Under the pieces are notes generated by a model, which did no database searches, was not told the origin of the DNA, and saw only the letters and a list, made by a program, of their open reading frames with translations. Below are positions 22,700 through 36,429 of a DNA stretch of 64,000 nucleotides, one piece after another. The position numbers and the translations under genes were made by a program. The stretch is from Lama glama (Eukaryota), in NCBI GenBank assembly GCA_028534125.1, contig CM052838.1, forward strand, positions 62,930,001 to 62,994,000. The letters are read 5' to 3'. How positions within the stretch are numbered: position 1 is the first letter of the stretch; every line of letters starts with the position of its first letter.

Positions 22700-23660
22700 G
22701 AAGGGGCTATGTTTTTCAAATTTCAAATGAAAATGTTTAATTAAATTTTTATATTTAAATTTAAATTTAATTTAATTAATTTTAAAATGCATATTTAAAG
22801 CATAAAACACTGCCTCTTGATTTCCAGTTGTGTAGTAATAAGACGTCAATTAATTGTAGAATCTTTTCTGTACTCCTGGGATTTCAAACCCCTCAAAAAA
22901 TACAGACATTTAACGTTGCAAAGGAGAAATCTGAAGCCAGCCTGACTTTGTAAGCAACTTCTTTTCATTTTCGCTTTTGTTTTTGTTTCCTGCATGGATG
23001 CTGGCCATTTTTTTGTTACTAATTCTCAAAACTTGAGACGTCAGTCAGTGTATGTCTATGAGGTTTATTTAGTGCAAACCCAGTTTTTACTAGTGCTGAG
23101 CCCGTTTCAGACTTTAGACTCAAGGTTTCCTGCCTCCTCCATCTTTAGGAAGATGTGTCTGGCTTCTGTTCCATTTATCCTGGGCCCTTCTTCATGGAAA
23201 GCGAGCGTCTACGTGCCCCAGTCTCGTTCTCTGCTCTTACTGGTCGTGTTCTGTCTCACAATGGATGTTAACTGTTTTGCTCTCCTCCTCTCAGGCCTTG
23301 GAAGGTCATGAGTCATGTCTTGATCTGATGTTTTCTCGTGGGATCTCTTGCCTCGTTTAGAGCCTCCGGCCCTGCTTTACTCAGTGTCAACCTCATTTTT
23401 TCTTTAATTTGTTCTTCATTGGCTCCCTTTGAATTCTTTACCGCCTTTCACCCTGTTTGTTATTTGTTCACCCTTCATCTCTTGTTTCTGAAAGTTCTTC
23501 TGTTTTTTAAACATGCTTTTGAGGGTTCCAATCAATGCTATTCAACTTTCCTGAAGTTTATTTTGTACTTTTTTAAAACATATTTTCAAAAGCGCTCTTT
23601 TTCTGTATTGTAAGTATTCCTTGTTTTTTAATGTCACGAAATCGCTGGGGTTTGTTCTCC
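22700..23660 (-). mobile_element. Old L1 ORF1/5' fragment
   Basis: gttgcaaaggagaaatctgaagccagcctgact; T-rich antisense L1 composition. Confidence 0.55.
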
Positions 23661-26600
23661 CCTCTTATGACTGAATGAGGACAGGTCTCTCCAGGGCTGG
23701 TGCGTGGCCGTGAAAAGACTGGGGGCCCCCACCCTCCCTGTGACACTGACGCTCCCCTCATCTGCTGGCCAGAGCATCAGAGGACCAGCCGTGTTCTAGG
23801 AGGTCCGCACCCCACCCAGAGGGGTGGAGGGGGGTGCGGGCCTTCCCGGCGGACAGGCCCCTCCCTTGCAGATCCCCCCACGCTGCTCATCCCTGTACCT
23901 GTGCCCTCACCAGTGTGGACCCTGCACCCTCTCTGCGCAGCGGCTGCACGTGGTGCGGAGCTTGGAAATAAGGCAGTTGTGGCTCCTGCCCGTGTGGACC
24001 TGTATCACAGGAGGAGAAACAAACACCCACAACTAACCCCAGAGTTCAGTTCCCCAGCTCAGCCTCATGAGAGCTGCAGGGCAGCCCCGGGGCCTGGGTC
24101 TTCCCTCCCCGCTGGCTTCTGCCGCTGGACAAGGTGTGAGTTCTCGACGGAAACAGGATGCCCTCAGTGCCGACAGGGTGCCACTTACATTCTGCCTGCT
24201 ACTTCAGGTGGGAGCCACCCCCCTCCGTGGAATCTTGCTTGGTGAGTGGCTGAATGAACCAGGGGGCCTTCCAGTGGGGGGTGTCGCTCCAGTTTTGTTC
24301 CCAGGAGGAGAGGCGCCTCCCGGATGGGACGCTCCCTGTGGGCCCGCGGTCCGCGCCCGAGCCCCCTGGCCGGGGGCGGGGGGGCGTGGGAGGGTAACCC
24401 CCCCCCCAGTGTTTTCTTAGCTGTGTTTGGTTTCCTTCTGTACTTTTGTTAGCGTTTTGGTGAGATGAGAAGTTAGACAACCTGTGCCGAGTTCACTGCT
24501 TTACTGAGGTTTGCTGAGGTTTTTAAAGCTTGGGGACCTGCAGGCTCTGTCTTCAGTGTTACTAAAAGACAAGGCTCTTCCACTGGAGATGCCTCGGCGT
24601 TGTGTAGCGGAGCTAACTGTGGACTCTGACTCCCCCGCCTTCCTGCACTGGCTCTGTATCTCTTCTCCTTGGGTCTTGGTTTGCTCACTCATACAAGAAG
24701 GACCGTGGATCTGGGCATTAGGGCTAGAAGGGGTCTTGGATGCTCTGTAAGTTATGTGAGAAGAGCTTCTATCAGAATGAAGGTGCCATTCTGGGAGAGC
24801 TGGAGAGGAAGAGCGCCACCAGAGGACGGAGAAACGTGAGAGGGGGCAGGAGACGCGATGAGCAGAAGCCGTCGGCAGCACGTGGCAGGTGAACGGCGGT
24901 CCGGGGGCAGTGCCACACGGAAGGGCTTGCAAAGCAAACAGCGGCCCTCCAGCTCACGTACCTGGCCGGCTTTGCATGGAGCGTGGAACAAAGACCCCAT
25001 AGCTCCCCGTTCTGAAGGCGGGCGCCTCTGCACCCCCGGTTCCTGTTTCTGGCGTGACTGCCGGGGGCCCAGTGCGAGCCATGCCAGCGTGCGTGTGCGC
25101 CCCCCCCCCACCGCCTTGCTCGGCGCTTGGCGGGCAGCGCTGTGCGCCGGGACGGGGAGGGCGTGCTTTCCGCTTGGACTCCTTACTCTTGTCGGTTCCG
25201 TGAGCGTTTTCTTGACTCTCGTAGATGTTGATATTTATTCTGTAGAAACTATGAATTTTGAACCAACATTTCTTTTAACCCAGTGAGCTCCAATTCAATG
25301 TGCTAAGTATTCATTGCACTTTAATGGGAAATCTTGTTTGCTAAGAATGTTTGGGGGGAAAAAATAAAAACTTGTCCTGGAGTCTGTGTATCTGCTGTTT
25401 TTCTGGTGCTGTCTGCCTGGCCTTCCCTGGGTGGCTGCTGGGTGCGCCTTTGCAAGGATCGTGGGGAGAGAGAGGGCAGGGTGGTCCAAGGGGCGGCCCT
25501 GGTGGTCTCTCAGGTCGGGTCAGAGTGCTCAGAGCCCTCACAACCCAGACTGGCGAGCGGTGCATAGACGCATCACGTTCACGTCTCCAGCCCATGGGGC
25601 ATGCCCTCTTCCGTGGCTGGCTGCTTTCTCGCAGTGCGTGCCGCAGCCCAGCCCCAGGTGTGCATGGGTCAGTGGCCCTCCCGCTCCCAGGTGGGTCTAG
25701 ACAGAGAGGCAGAAGGTACAGGGACTCATCCTGACACGCTCCACGGCTTGGCCTTGGCGGGAGGCCTCCCATACCTCTCTTGGTTTCCTTTTCTTCATCT
25801 ATAAAAAAGAGGAAAGTGGTAGAGTGCGGTGTGTCCGGCAAGGCTGGCTGAGGGCTGCCTGTTGACAAAGCCAGCTCTCTGCTTGGGGTCACCGCTCAGC
25901 GAGGCAGCTCCCTCCCATGTGTGACAAGAGCACTGTAAGGAGATCTGAGCAGTAAGAAGGCGCGAGAGAAAGAGAATTAAACATACGGAAAATAGAAAAG
26001 GCTGCTGAGAGAGAAGTCCATTGAAGTCCAACCAGAGCTATACACAACTTACCTGGTCCCTAGATGAGGGGCTTTCTCGGTTTTAGGGACATTTGTATGC
26101 AACCAGCTCACGTCAGAATCTTTAAAAAGCCATTAATTTTGGCATTATTTTTCTGTTTCAAAACCAAAGTGAGGGTTATAAACAGTTTAAAGAGCTCGAA
26201 AAGGCTAGCACCATCCATCTGAGACCCCAGTGAATACCCAGAAGAATGTGAAAATGGACAAGGTTCCGTTTCATTCCTGAAAGCTCCCTGAACCGTCCAC
26301 TTTTTTCCTGCCTTGATGTTTGGTGCCTATGAAAGGCATCTGTCTCCTGAGGGCTCTGCAAGTGGGTTCATGGGAAGTAAAGCAGACTGGGTGAAGGAAC
26401 TGACTTGAGTTCTTTGTGTGTGTGTGATGGTAGGAAACTGACTTCTAGATTATCTCACAAACACATAGAAAACATAAAAAGAGGCAAAATTATGCAGAAG
26501 CACATAAATTATGTAGCTGATGCAAAGCCTATGGAAAACATGATATGTGCACATAATAGCGTGTTTCCCGAGGGGCTAATTGCATCCTTTGGGCACCTTT

Positions 26601-26968
26601 TGAAGCATCTGAATATTCAGAAGAAAGCAAATTTATTATAATTTGAAAAATACCACAATAAATAAGGCTAAAAAAATAATGCATGTTATATTGGAAACTA
26701 GAAACTCACAATCTGGCCATTTCCCCCAGTTTGACCAAAGCTCAGAGCTCCCGACTGTAACCTCAGTAACACATTTCGTGGTAGTGTTTCATATTCTTCA
26801 ATAATTCTTTCTTCTCCCAGATATACAAGTTGTGCAAAACCCATTCATTCATTTAAAAATATTTATTTGTTGTCATGACAACGTTCATTCTTTTTTTTTA
26901 AACCATTCAGAAAAGTATTTTCTGAAACCTATAACGTGCTTCCCCACCTTGTGGAACATGTGACTTAA

Positions 26969-27428
26969 TGTGGGGGTCAGACTGTGGAAGTAAATGGAGA
27001 CCACCCAAAGGAGAGCACATGGAGGCTCCTGGTTCAGAGGCTGCTCCAGCAGACGGCCTTGGCCTCCATCAGCTGCATTTGGCAGAGACTCAAAGGCAGG
27101 CAGAGGGGCGGGAATGCTTCATGGTGGAAAAAGGGGAGGGTCCAGCTGTGCTCTGATTGGAGGCCGCTGACCTGGGGAAACTAGAGGCAGCTGGCTGGAA
27201 GCTGAGCATCCAGTGTGAGGTGTTTAGAGAGTCGATTTGGCTTTCTGTAGTTGGCCCTGCAAAGATGAGGGAAGCTGGCTGCTCCTGGCCCGTCCTGACC
27301 GCTCTGGGCTGATTATGGCAGGGGCTGTGGTTTGACTTCCTGGGCTGGCACTGCTGAGCTTGTGGGTCAGAGTCCACTGTCATCCTCGGTCTGGCCATTG
27401 TCTGTTTGTATAGTCAGTCTCCTGAGAC
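26969..27428 (-). mobile_element. ERV1-type solo LTR
   Basis: tgcatttggcagagactcaaaggcaggcagagg..tggaaaaaggggaggg..ctgattggaggc..ctagaggcagctggctggaagc resembles laurasiatherian ERV1 LTRs; boundaries approximate. Confidence 0.65.
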
Positions 27429-27564
27429 TAATCACCTAATGATTATACCACAGAAGTTCAGGGGCCTTGAGGACACAGGAGAGAGGCCCGCACACAGGAT
27501 ATAGAAGCAACCAGGACCTGCCAAAGGCGAGGCTGTGACAAGGGGGTAGACCCTTCAAGTACCT

Positions 27565-27957
27565 TGTATTAGTCAGCTCAGCTGCCGTAACAAATACCAC
27601 AGACTGGGGGCTCACACAGCCAAAACGTGTCGTCTCACTGGCTGGAGGCCAGAAGTTCACAATCAAGATGTCAGGGGGTGGGTTCCTCCTGACGCTGAGG
27701 GAGACTCTGCCCCAGGCCTCTATCCTGGCTTCTGGGGTCCTCCGGGGTCCCTGGCGTGTGGCTGGCTGTCTTCTCCCCGTGCCTTCATGTTGTCTTCCCT
27801 CTGTGCACGTCTCTCTCTCTGTCCATGTTTCCCCTCTTCATAAGTGGTCAGGGCCCATCCAATGACCTCATCCTCACTTGACCCTCTTCCTCAGTAAGGT
27901 CACATTTGTAGATTCTAGGGGTTAGTACTTTGGGGGGACATCATTCAGCCCATGACA
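27565..27957 (-). mobile_element. MaLR solo LTR (MLT1A-C-like)
   Basis: tgtattagtcagctcagctgccgtaacaaataccacagactggg..ggaggccagaagttcacaatcaagatgtc..ggggggacatcattcagcccatgaca. Confidence 0.9.
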
Positions 27958-30409
27958 CACCCAAAGGAAGTTCTGTCTAGTTGGAGCCTGGTTTTTTTTT
28001 TTTTAAGAAAATTTTGTCTCTACAGATGACACTCAGTTCTAAGCCTGCTGACTTCTTCAGGACTGTCTGAAACTGCACCAGTAAGAGCTAGACTCCCTCT
28101 TCCCTTCCTTTAGAGTGATTTGTGGGTGACCATGACAAACGGTCACAGTCGTGACTCCTGAGAACACTGAACTAGGAGGCGGCTGATTTCCTATCCGCGG
28201 GGTCTCCCCGGTCCTTACAAAGAGCAGCAGGCCCCGGCAGTGGCTTTCCCTGTGTCCTCCCGCTCCAGGAAACTGGTCCTTGTGACTGAGTGACACACAC
28301 CCTAGATTTAGAACCACCCCATGAATTGCCTCCCAGGAATGGCGGAACCCTGCCTTGCCAGTTGATTTTAGAGCGATTGTAAAGAGAAGCAGAGACCTCA
28401 GAGAGAAGCCACCTCCTACCAGAGTTCCCCACTGCCCCCCCACCCCGGGGAGGAAGCCGTGGGTACTTCCAGGGTCAGAACCCAGGCAAAGATCCCGGGA
28501 CAGTCAAAACTGTCTTCAACCACCTCCTCCCTGCTGGCATATGTACGTACAAATGCAAGTACATGACCATACGTGCAGGCGTGTTTACACACGTGTGTGT
28601 GCACGCACACACACACAACGTCTTTGCTGATTTAAACTTGCATCAGAAGCTTAAGTGAAGCAATAGGAGGATCTAGACAAGCCACATTTACCATCACGCC
28701 AGGACCACGGGCTTCTGCCGACAGCATTTTCTCAGCTCGGGTAAGTGATGTCTCCTTGACAGATTCAGGGGGGTGGCTCTTCCAGGCAGGGGGTTCCTGA
28801 CACTTCCCACTGGACACAGAGACCTCTGACAGCCCCACAAACAGGCAGTGGCTTCGTGCCACCAGTGCTCCTGCAGGTGGTGGCATTTGTTTTGGCAGTG
28901 AGTGTGGACAGGCCCTCACTGTCTGAAGAGCAGACCATTTTCTCTAAGCCAGGAGCCATCAGCTCGTGTGGTTCAGTTCCACTCATCCTGGAGAAGGTGT
29001 CTACTGGCTGAAGCCAAGAGTCAACTTCCGTCTGGATGTTCACACCCTCGGGGGCCTTCCCACTCTGGAGCAGGGTCGGGTGTGCCCGACGCCCTGGGCA
29101 GCGGTGCAGGGGCCTCCATCCCACTGCCTCCCTGGGGGGACCTGGGGCACAGAGCCTCAGCCCCGAGTTACTGATGACACACTTAAAACAAAGAGGCAGA
29201 AGCCATCTCTTTCCTCCCTCTGAGGAGCTCAGATGTCCCCAAAGTAAAAAGCTTGACGACTTCTTCCTTCCCAGTCGTGATGAAAACAGGGATTAGCGGG
29301 ATGTTGGAGGCGAAGCCTCATGTATGAAGTTACGAATGAATAATTCTGATTTCTTCCTGAGTTGGGGGAAATCAGTTTGCTTTACATAGAAATGCAATAT
29401 GTTCTTGACCTCTGTGTACGCGATTAGAATTCCTCCCTCTACCTTGTATTTGTTTCATTACGGAATGAAATTTTGAGCTTATATTTTCAGATATCTCTCA
29501 CCTCATGCATTTCAATATCTATTTCCCCCAAATCTCTGCTTCTGTTGACTGTATCATCCCTATCTTTCTTTTTTCCATATTAGCTTTAGGATGTGGAAAA
29601 GTAGGTGGAGATGCTTTCTTTAAGATTCTGACTCTCATTGGAGTAGACACCCAACCTTCTCATGAATGTATTTGGAGGAATGTGCCAATTTTTAAGATAA
29701 ATGATGATTGCTCAGTGCTGCTGAGAAAAATGGAATTGCCACGCCAGCCCCAGCATCGCCAGGTAAATGAAGCTCCTCGTGTGCAGCGTGGTGATGTTGA
29801 AAATACCCCTCCAAGAAGGGCGGTCAAGGTTATGAGTCCAAAACACATGCAGGTTTCAGAAGGGAGTAGAATTTCTGGTTTATGGAGAGGAATCAGACTT
29901 CTCTGGGACTGGAAGAGACCAGGCAGAGGGGGCAACGTGACCAGAGTGGGGAGGAGCAGGTGGTCAGCGCAGGCTCTGCACACTCTCCAGTGGGGCCGGA
30001 GCTGGGGGTGCGGTGCAGGTACCCACGGGCAGACCGGCCCAGGCTCCAGGCACCGCAGAGCTGGGGGCACAGCAGCAGACAGACTTCAGCTCTGATGAGC
30101 TTATGAATCCTTCTAGATGCGTTTTAGGAAATGTGGAAGCATCGTGAATTTTAATGTCCGCACATGTGTGTTCTACTTTTTCTTTTTTCAACGCAAAGGG
30201 GATCTGGAAAGGGTGGAACACTACCTTGTTTTCAGGTCCTGGCACCCACAAGGGTAGCGTCGGGGGGCTGGGCGTGGAGGTGAGGACAGAGGGGTGAAGG
30301 AAGTCCCCGGAGACTGAGAAGCCTGGGTGTGCTGGCGGTGGAGGATCAGGGGGCCTGTTGGGTCGACGGGCTTTGCACAGAAAGCATCACGATCCACTTC
30401 ACTGTTGCC

Positions 30410-31050
30410 CAGAGTTAGATTATCCAATTTGTGGCTTCCCCAAATCTATTTCTTCCCCCACCGCTCTCTTCGGCCACTGCCCTGTTCATTAGCACCTCTG
30501 CTGGCGTGATGGGGAGTTGGGAGGCGGCAGCTGATTTATATTTCAGCAGCCTAGTTGGCTCGGGATGAAAGCACTGTGCTAATGAAGCCGGGGTCAAAGG
30601 TGGGAGCCCCAGGTGGGCCAGTTAGCTGGGCCTAGAGCCCCGGCCTGGCTGACTGGCCTGCGCGTGCGTCTCTGCTGGTTGAGAACAGCAGACAGGCGTC
30701 GGCATAAATCTGTTTGCGCCGTCGGAGAAATGACCCGATGCTGGTGGCTGGTGCCTTCGTGGGGCAGGCAGGTGTGGCTGGGTGTGATTTGTAGAAAGCA
30801 TGTATTTTCACTCACCACTGATGATTTGGACTCTGTGGTCAGTAGACCTTTCTAAAGAGTTTCAATATTTAATAAGCTGTGTGCAGGGTGTATCAACAGG
30901 ACAGCCTGATGGCGTTCTCTCACTACCATTAACTTATTTCAAAATGACCCTGCCCTTTGCACTGGGATGGAGGAGATTTCATTTAGGGGATGGAGTGGAC
31001 ATTTTTATATTTACGCAGCTTTTTACTGAAGAGGAATGTGTTTATTAAGC
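30410..31050. promoter_or_regulatory. Candidate conserved non-coding element
   Basis: PBX-HOX-type TGATTTAT (30532-30539), CATAAATC, TTCATTAG, CTAATGAA, CCATTAAC. Confidence 0.4.
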
Positions 31051-32379
31051 AGTTAACTATGTAGCAGGCATCCTATGTGAATAAAGGCCTCAACAGTTGA
31101 AAATTGGTAAAATCTAAAAAAACAACAGTTACTTTGGCAACCTTTCCAGCATTTTATATGGGTTGGGTCTTACCAAGAAAAAACACAGATTCAGGTTTGA
31201 TATTCAGGGACTGTGATGAACCCACGGAAGACACAACGCTTCTGAGTTTGGGCGATGGAGAAATGTTTGGCAGTTTTAGACGCGGTTCCCCCAAGTTGTG
31301 TCAAAGCCCAGGTGGTGACTGCACACACGCAGAGCCTTGGCAGGAAAGCAGCGCAAAGCAGGCGACGCGGTCAAACGCCTGAGTGTTTAAAAGACAGCCA
31401 GTGACTCTCGGCTCAGCACCTTTTGTGCAGAGAGATATGCGGAAAGTGAGCTGTTTCCTGAAAATGTCTTTGCTCCAATTGGATGGGGCTACAATTATGT
31501 CTTGCTTATTCCAACTACAAATAAACCAGGTGTGTTTCTTAATCCAGCCGCATATACAAGTAGTCTGGGTATGCAAGCCTGGCTCAGTGACACGCCAAGG
31601 TCTTAAGACTGTCCTTTAAGATCCTAGAAAAGACCATGTAAGTATTTCATATTTAGGTGAAGCGATTAACCAGAACTGGGCAGAAGAGACATCGTGTTAT
31701 CAGGCAAAGGGAGAAGAGTTTGTCACCTTTTTGCTGGAACTTGGCTCACTACTGGGCAGTGTCTGGGAGGTGAGGCCCCTTGTTTGGAGCTGTTGGGTGA
31801 GATGAAGGAGCAGGGAGGAGCGGGGAGACTGAAGGGTGATGGGTAGCACTGCCTTAGACTGAGTCTGAATGAGTGAGGAGAACGGACCCCAACTGGAGTT
31901 TAAAAACTGAGCACAAGTAGTAACGAGGTGAGGGCTGCACCGTGCTGCGGACCATCCCGTCGCATGGGCCCGAGAGCTCCCTCGGGAGTTTGTAGGGTCA
32001 GTTGGTTGGCAGCTCTCCCCACCCAAGCTTCCTTGAGTCTGTGCCAAGGACCCCTTTGGTCTGGCTGAATAACCTCAACTCTTGAACAAGTGGGGCTGTT
32101 CACTTCTAAGGCTGACCAAGGAGAGGTGTCCAGGGGTCCAGCCCCAGAGGCAGCACGAAGCCTCATTTTCCTCCCAGAAAACCTGGGAAGTGACTGGGGC
32201 CAGGCAGTGATAGATATGAAACCAGCTCTTCCTTCCCGCCCGTGAATTTGGATCCGAGGTCAAGCCTGCAGCAATCTGAGCACCAGAGGAGTAACAGAGA
32301 TGTGTCTTTCTTCAGGAACGTTTACCGTTCAAAGACTCACAAAGAAGCAGGTTACGCAGTCCAGGCCGAGAAAGGGAAG

Positions 32380-32773
32380 GGAAATGGGTCATTTTTTCCG
32401 CCTGATGGGGAAAAATACAACAAAACGTCCAACAGGATTTTCATTTTTCTTTCATAGACATTTCGTTTTTTCATTAATCGTTTTCTCCAGGGAGGCAGCA
32501 AGAGTGGGCAAAGGGAAATGTGTAGGGAAATGGCCTTGCTGAGATTAAACAAATCTCTGTCACCGTGTGTCCATCTGCCCGTCCATCTGTGAATAACCTG
32601 TAATTATTAATAATATGAGTGATGTCATGAGCATTCTGGCAGAAGCGAGGAGCCCCAGAGACCACTCTGGAGCCAGCCAGCGCAGGCCGGAGCTGGAGGC
32701 TGCTCAGCCGTGTTTGCGCTGGAGCTGCGGGAAAATCTGGCTAGCTGGCTCGCGCCCGCGCGGCAGTAGGACC
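32380..32773. promoter_or_regulatory. Candidate CNE running into a CpG-rich stretch and an assembly gap
   Basis: CATTAATCG, GATTAAACAAAT, CTGTCA, TAATTATTAATAAT, TGATGTCA; CpG-dense last 100 bp. Confidence 0.35.
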
Positions 32774-32936
32774 NNNNNNNNNNNNNNNNNNNNNNNNNNN
32801 NNNNNNNNNNNNNNNNNNNNNNNNNNNNNNNNNNNNNNNNNNNNNNNNNNNNNNNNNNNNNNNNNNNNNNNNNNNNNNNNNNNNNNNNNNNNNNNNNNNN
32901 NNNNNNNNNNNNNNNNNNNNNNNNNNNNNNNNNNNN
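32774..32936. other. Assembly gap (163 N)
   Basis: Run of N. Confidence 1.
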
Positions 32937-34124
32937 AGAGTTTAAAAGAGCACGGGAGAGAGGCATCCAAGAAGATGACAGAGGAGGGGGGCAAAAATAT
33001 TAGAGCTGTCCCTCTGGGCCCAGTTTCTGTTTCCCATTAAACTACTCATGAAGTCATGTCAGGGGCAGGGGAAAAAAAAAAGAAATTCTCAATAAGAGCC
33101 GCCTCCTACAGAAACTAGGATCCCAGAATATTCCAGAAAGACTTGATACCTGTGACTGAGCTGAAGAATTGGCACTAGTGCAAACCAGTGGTCCAGGCTG
33201 TGACGTGAGAAGTGTGTGACCAGGGAAGTGTGTCACTACAGGTGTGCCCTGGATACGGACAAATGGCCAGGTACTGGCCAGGTGTGGGCCTTGGGCCAGC
33301 GTAGGGTGCAAGCCACTGGATCCCAGTGTGGCTTCAGCACGAGACCCCAGCTAGTTACGTGGAGGTGTGCGACAGCAGGGGGTTTTGTGGGCTCTGTTCA
33401 CTGGTGACAGCCCGGCTCCTAGAATGGGGGCAGGAGAGTAGGCGCTCAGTAAAAATGTACTGAGTGCATTGCTCCGAGATGATGCTGTTGCAGGTCCCTG
33501 GGAGCATATCTGCACCTGGTCCGCGGGCCAGCCCAGTTCTGGGGGCTGCTGGCCAGGGGCTGGATGGCTGGTCCAGTGGCATTAGGGAGAGAAAGCACCT
33601 CTTCCAGGTGATGTGGGCGTCACGCCTGGCCCTTTCTTTGGGCCGCAGAAGCCCTGGAACTGTCCCTTCAGCAGTGTCACCGCCTCACTGCACCGGGGAG
33701 CCTTCCTTGGCAGCTCACCGTGTTGACTGAGCAACAGGAAACTTCACAGCCCCCCCCCGGACAACCTGCTTCCTTACAAGTTGGAAAAAATAGATGATCC
33801 AATCGCAAAACTCTCCTTGTTCAAAGAAAAAAAAAAAAACCAGAAAAAGTGCAAAGGCTGATCTCATCCCAGAATTGATATCCCTTGCGAAGCCTAAGAA
33901 GATTTTGGCAAAGGGCTCTGCTCCACTCCCAGGAAGGGAGGAGAGAGTTGAGAACTTGCCGGGCCGGAGCCGTCCTTCTGGGCTCAGGAACACGAAGTCA
34001 TGGCTGGTGCTGGCCAGCAGGAGACGGTCCAAAACACCCCTAACCCTGCGGGCAGTGAGGGTCGGACGCGAGTGAAACTGAAAGTGAGGACGGCGAGGTT
34101 TCGTTAAGCAGCTGCTGTTGTTGG

Positions 34125-34300
34125 CATTTTATGTACATTATTTCATTTCATTCTCACAGCAACCCTACAAGGTCAATGCCATTATTGTCCCAGCTCCACA
34201 GATGAGAAAACTGAGGTTTAGAGAGATTGAATAAACTGCCAGTGTCACAGGCTAGGGAGTGGTGGGGCTGGGGCTGAACGCAGGTCATTCTGAACTTCAA
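34125..34300 (-). mobile_element. MIR
   Basis: attctcacagcaaccctacaagg..cagatgagaaaactgaggtttagagagattgaataaactgcc..gtcacag. Confidence 0.9.
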
Positions 34301-35719
34301 GCGGGAGGCTCTGCCTCCGGAACACAGAAGGAATGAACAAAGAGATTAAAACGTGAGAAAATACAGACGTGAAGAAGAGAACTCCGATGTCCTGGGAGAG
34401 AGGAAAGAGAAGAATTTATTATCAGGGGAAACTATTCAGTTCTAAACTTACTAAGATAAAATAAAAACTGAGCAACTGTTCATCAAAGAAAAATTTGAAA
34501 AAGAAAGAGTAATAATCCAGGTAGATCTGACAAAAAATGCAGCCAAGGTCCTGAGACCTGCTCTAAATCTTGCTGATTCGGTGTCTTTTATGTTCTTGAG
34601 TCCGACTGGTCCTCCTCCAGAAGACCCTGGTGCTCCCCCTGCCCTCTGACCTCCATGTTGGCGTTCTCCCTCCTTCTGTGCAGGTCGGTGTCTGCTCGCT
34701 CCCGCGGTCCTTAGCTTTCGCTGGAAGCCGCCTGGCCCAGCCCCCAGGGCCACCTGGATGACTGCAGGCAGAAGGCACACTCCACCTCCGACCACGGTCA
34801 CGGTCAGCAGTGGGCATGGGGCAAAGAAGTCTGCCAGGTGACCCTCAGGCCCGGAGCTCCTCACCTAACCATGAGGCTCCGCCCAGGGGAGGGTGGGGCC
34901 AAGGGCGGAGGAGGTAAACGGGGAGAAGGCTGCTCCTGGCCCTGCCCCACCAGCACAAGCACAGCTCCTTCTCGCCGAAGCCAGGGGAGCTTGGCTACAG
35001 ATCTGCCAAGAAGGAAACCCTCCCGATCCATTCCTCCCCACGGCAGCCGGTGTTTGGCAGGACCAGTGTTTCTGTGTCTGAAGTGCAAGTCTGACCGCCG
35101 TCCACCCCAGCTGCCAACCTGCTCAGCTGCCTGGCCAGGCCCGGGGCCTACCATGTCCCACGACCCCGCCTAGGCCAAGCCTCGCTTCGGTTTGTTTTTT
35201 TTCATAACTTGAGCGTTTGTGAAAGGTTCCTGTTCTTAGACACCCTCTTTATCCTCACCCCACCCTGTTGGAGGTACCAGGGAATCCTTCCCGTATGTCC
35301 AGACAAAGATCTCCCCAGGTTCTCACTCCTTAAGTCGGATGCCCAGCTCTGTCTCTGCATCCCTGGGTACCGGGACCTTCCCCTGCGAGGGAGCTTCCCT
35401 CACTGCGTGTTCCCACATCTGACCCCCGCCAGACCATGAGCTTCTCCACAGGGCCATGTCTGTTTCCCTTTACAACAGTTACACTTTGCAGAAAGCTGCG
35501 GATAGGGGAAAAGGGCTTGCTAGCCATATGCTGGATTATCCTGAATGACGGTAACATTCTTCAAGTGCCAGGAAAAAAACGAAAAAGAATTCTCCAGGTT
35601 CTCCAAAGGAAAAATGGAACACATTCACAGGGACTAAAACCAAGCCAATTTCAACTTCTCAGCTGTAACAAAGAAGGAAGGGAGTCAAATAATGGTCCCA
35701 TAATTCTTAACGAAGACGG

Positions 35720-36129
35720 GCGTAAACTGCGGCAGCTTGGTGGGGCCACTATACCCAGTAGTGCAGGCTGGCTGGTGGGATAACAGACGCTTACTCTGGT
35801 GCAGTTATGGAGGCTGGAAGTCCAAGGTCAGAGTGTCGCAGGACTGGTTCTCCTGAGGCCTCTTCCTTAGCTTGCCCACGGCCTTCTCCTCCCTGTGACC
35901 TCACATGGCCTTTCCACCGTTTGAATGCACCCCTGGTGTGTCTCTTCGGGTTTAAATTTCCTCTTCTTACAAGGACACCAGTCAGGTTGGATTAAGGTCC
36001 ACCCTAGTGGCTTTGTTTTAACTTTATCATCTCTTTCTGGGCTTTGTCTCCAAATACAGTCACATTTTGAGGTGTTGTGGGTTGGAGCTTCAGCCTGTGA
36101 ATTTGAGGGGTAGGATTCAGCCCATGACA
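35720..36129 (-). mobile_element. MaLR solo LTR (MLT1A/B-like)
   Basis: ggaggctggaagtccaaggtcag..cttcttacaaggacaccagtcaggttggattaagg..tctccaaatacagtcacattttgagg..attcagcccatgaca. Confidence 0.9.
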
Positions 36130-36429
36130 TAAGCCACACCATCTCTCTCCCGGGAAGGCAGCAGAAGGACCTCGTAAGACTGGCCCTTCCCAGGACTTAC
36201 CTCCAGCTTATCTTTTCTTCTGAGATGACAAAAGGCTTAGATATGCCTGAAATAAAGAAACCTTAAGTAAATAAATAATTGTGAGAAAACACGTTTGCTG
36301 ACCTGTGAAATGAGCAATTTAAGAGAAAAATAAGATCTTCGACTGTTACCGATAGAGCAAAAGTGAACAACCCACTCAATGGGGGGCTGGCTTACCAGTA
36401 TGTCTGACTGACTGTTAGTCTCTGGAGCC

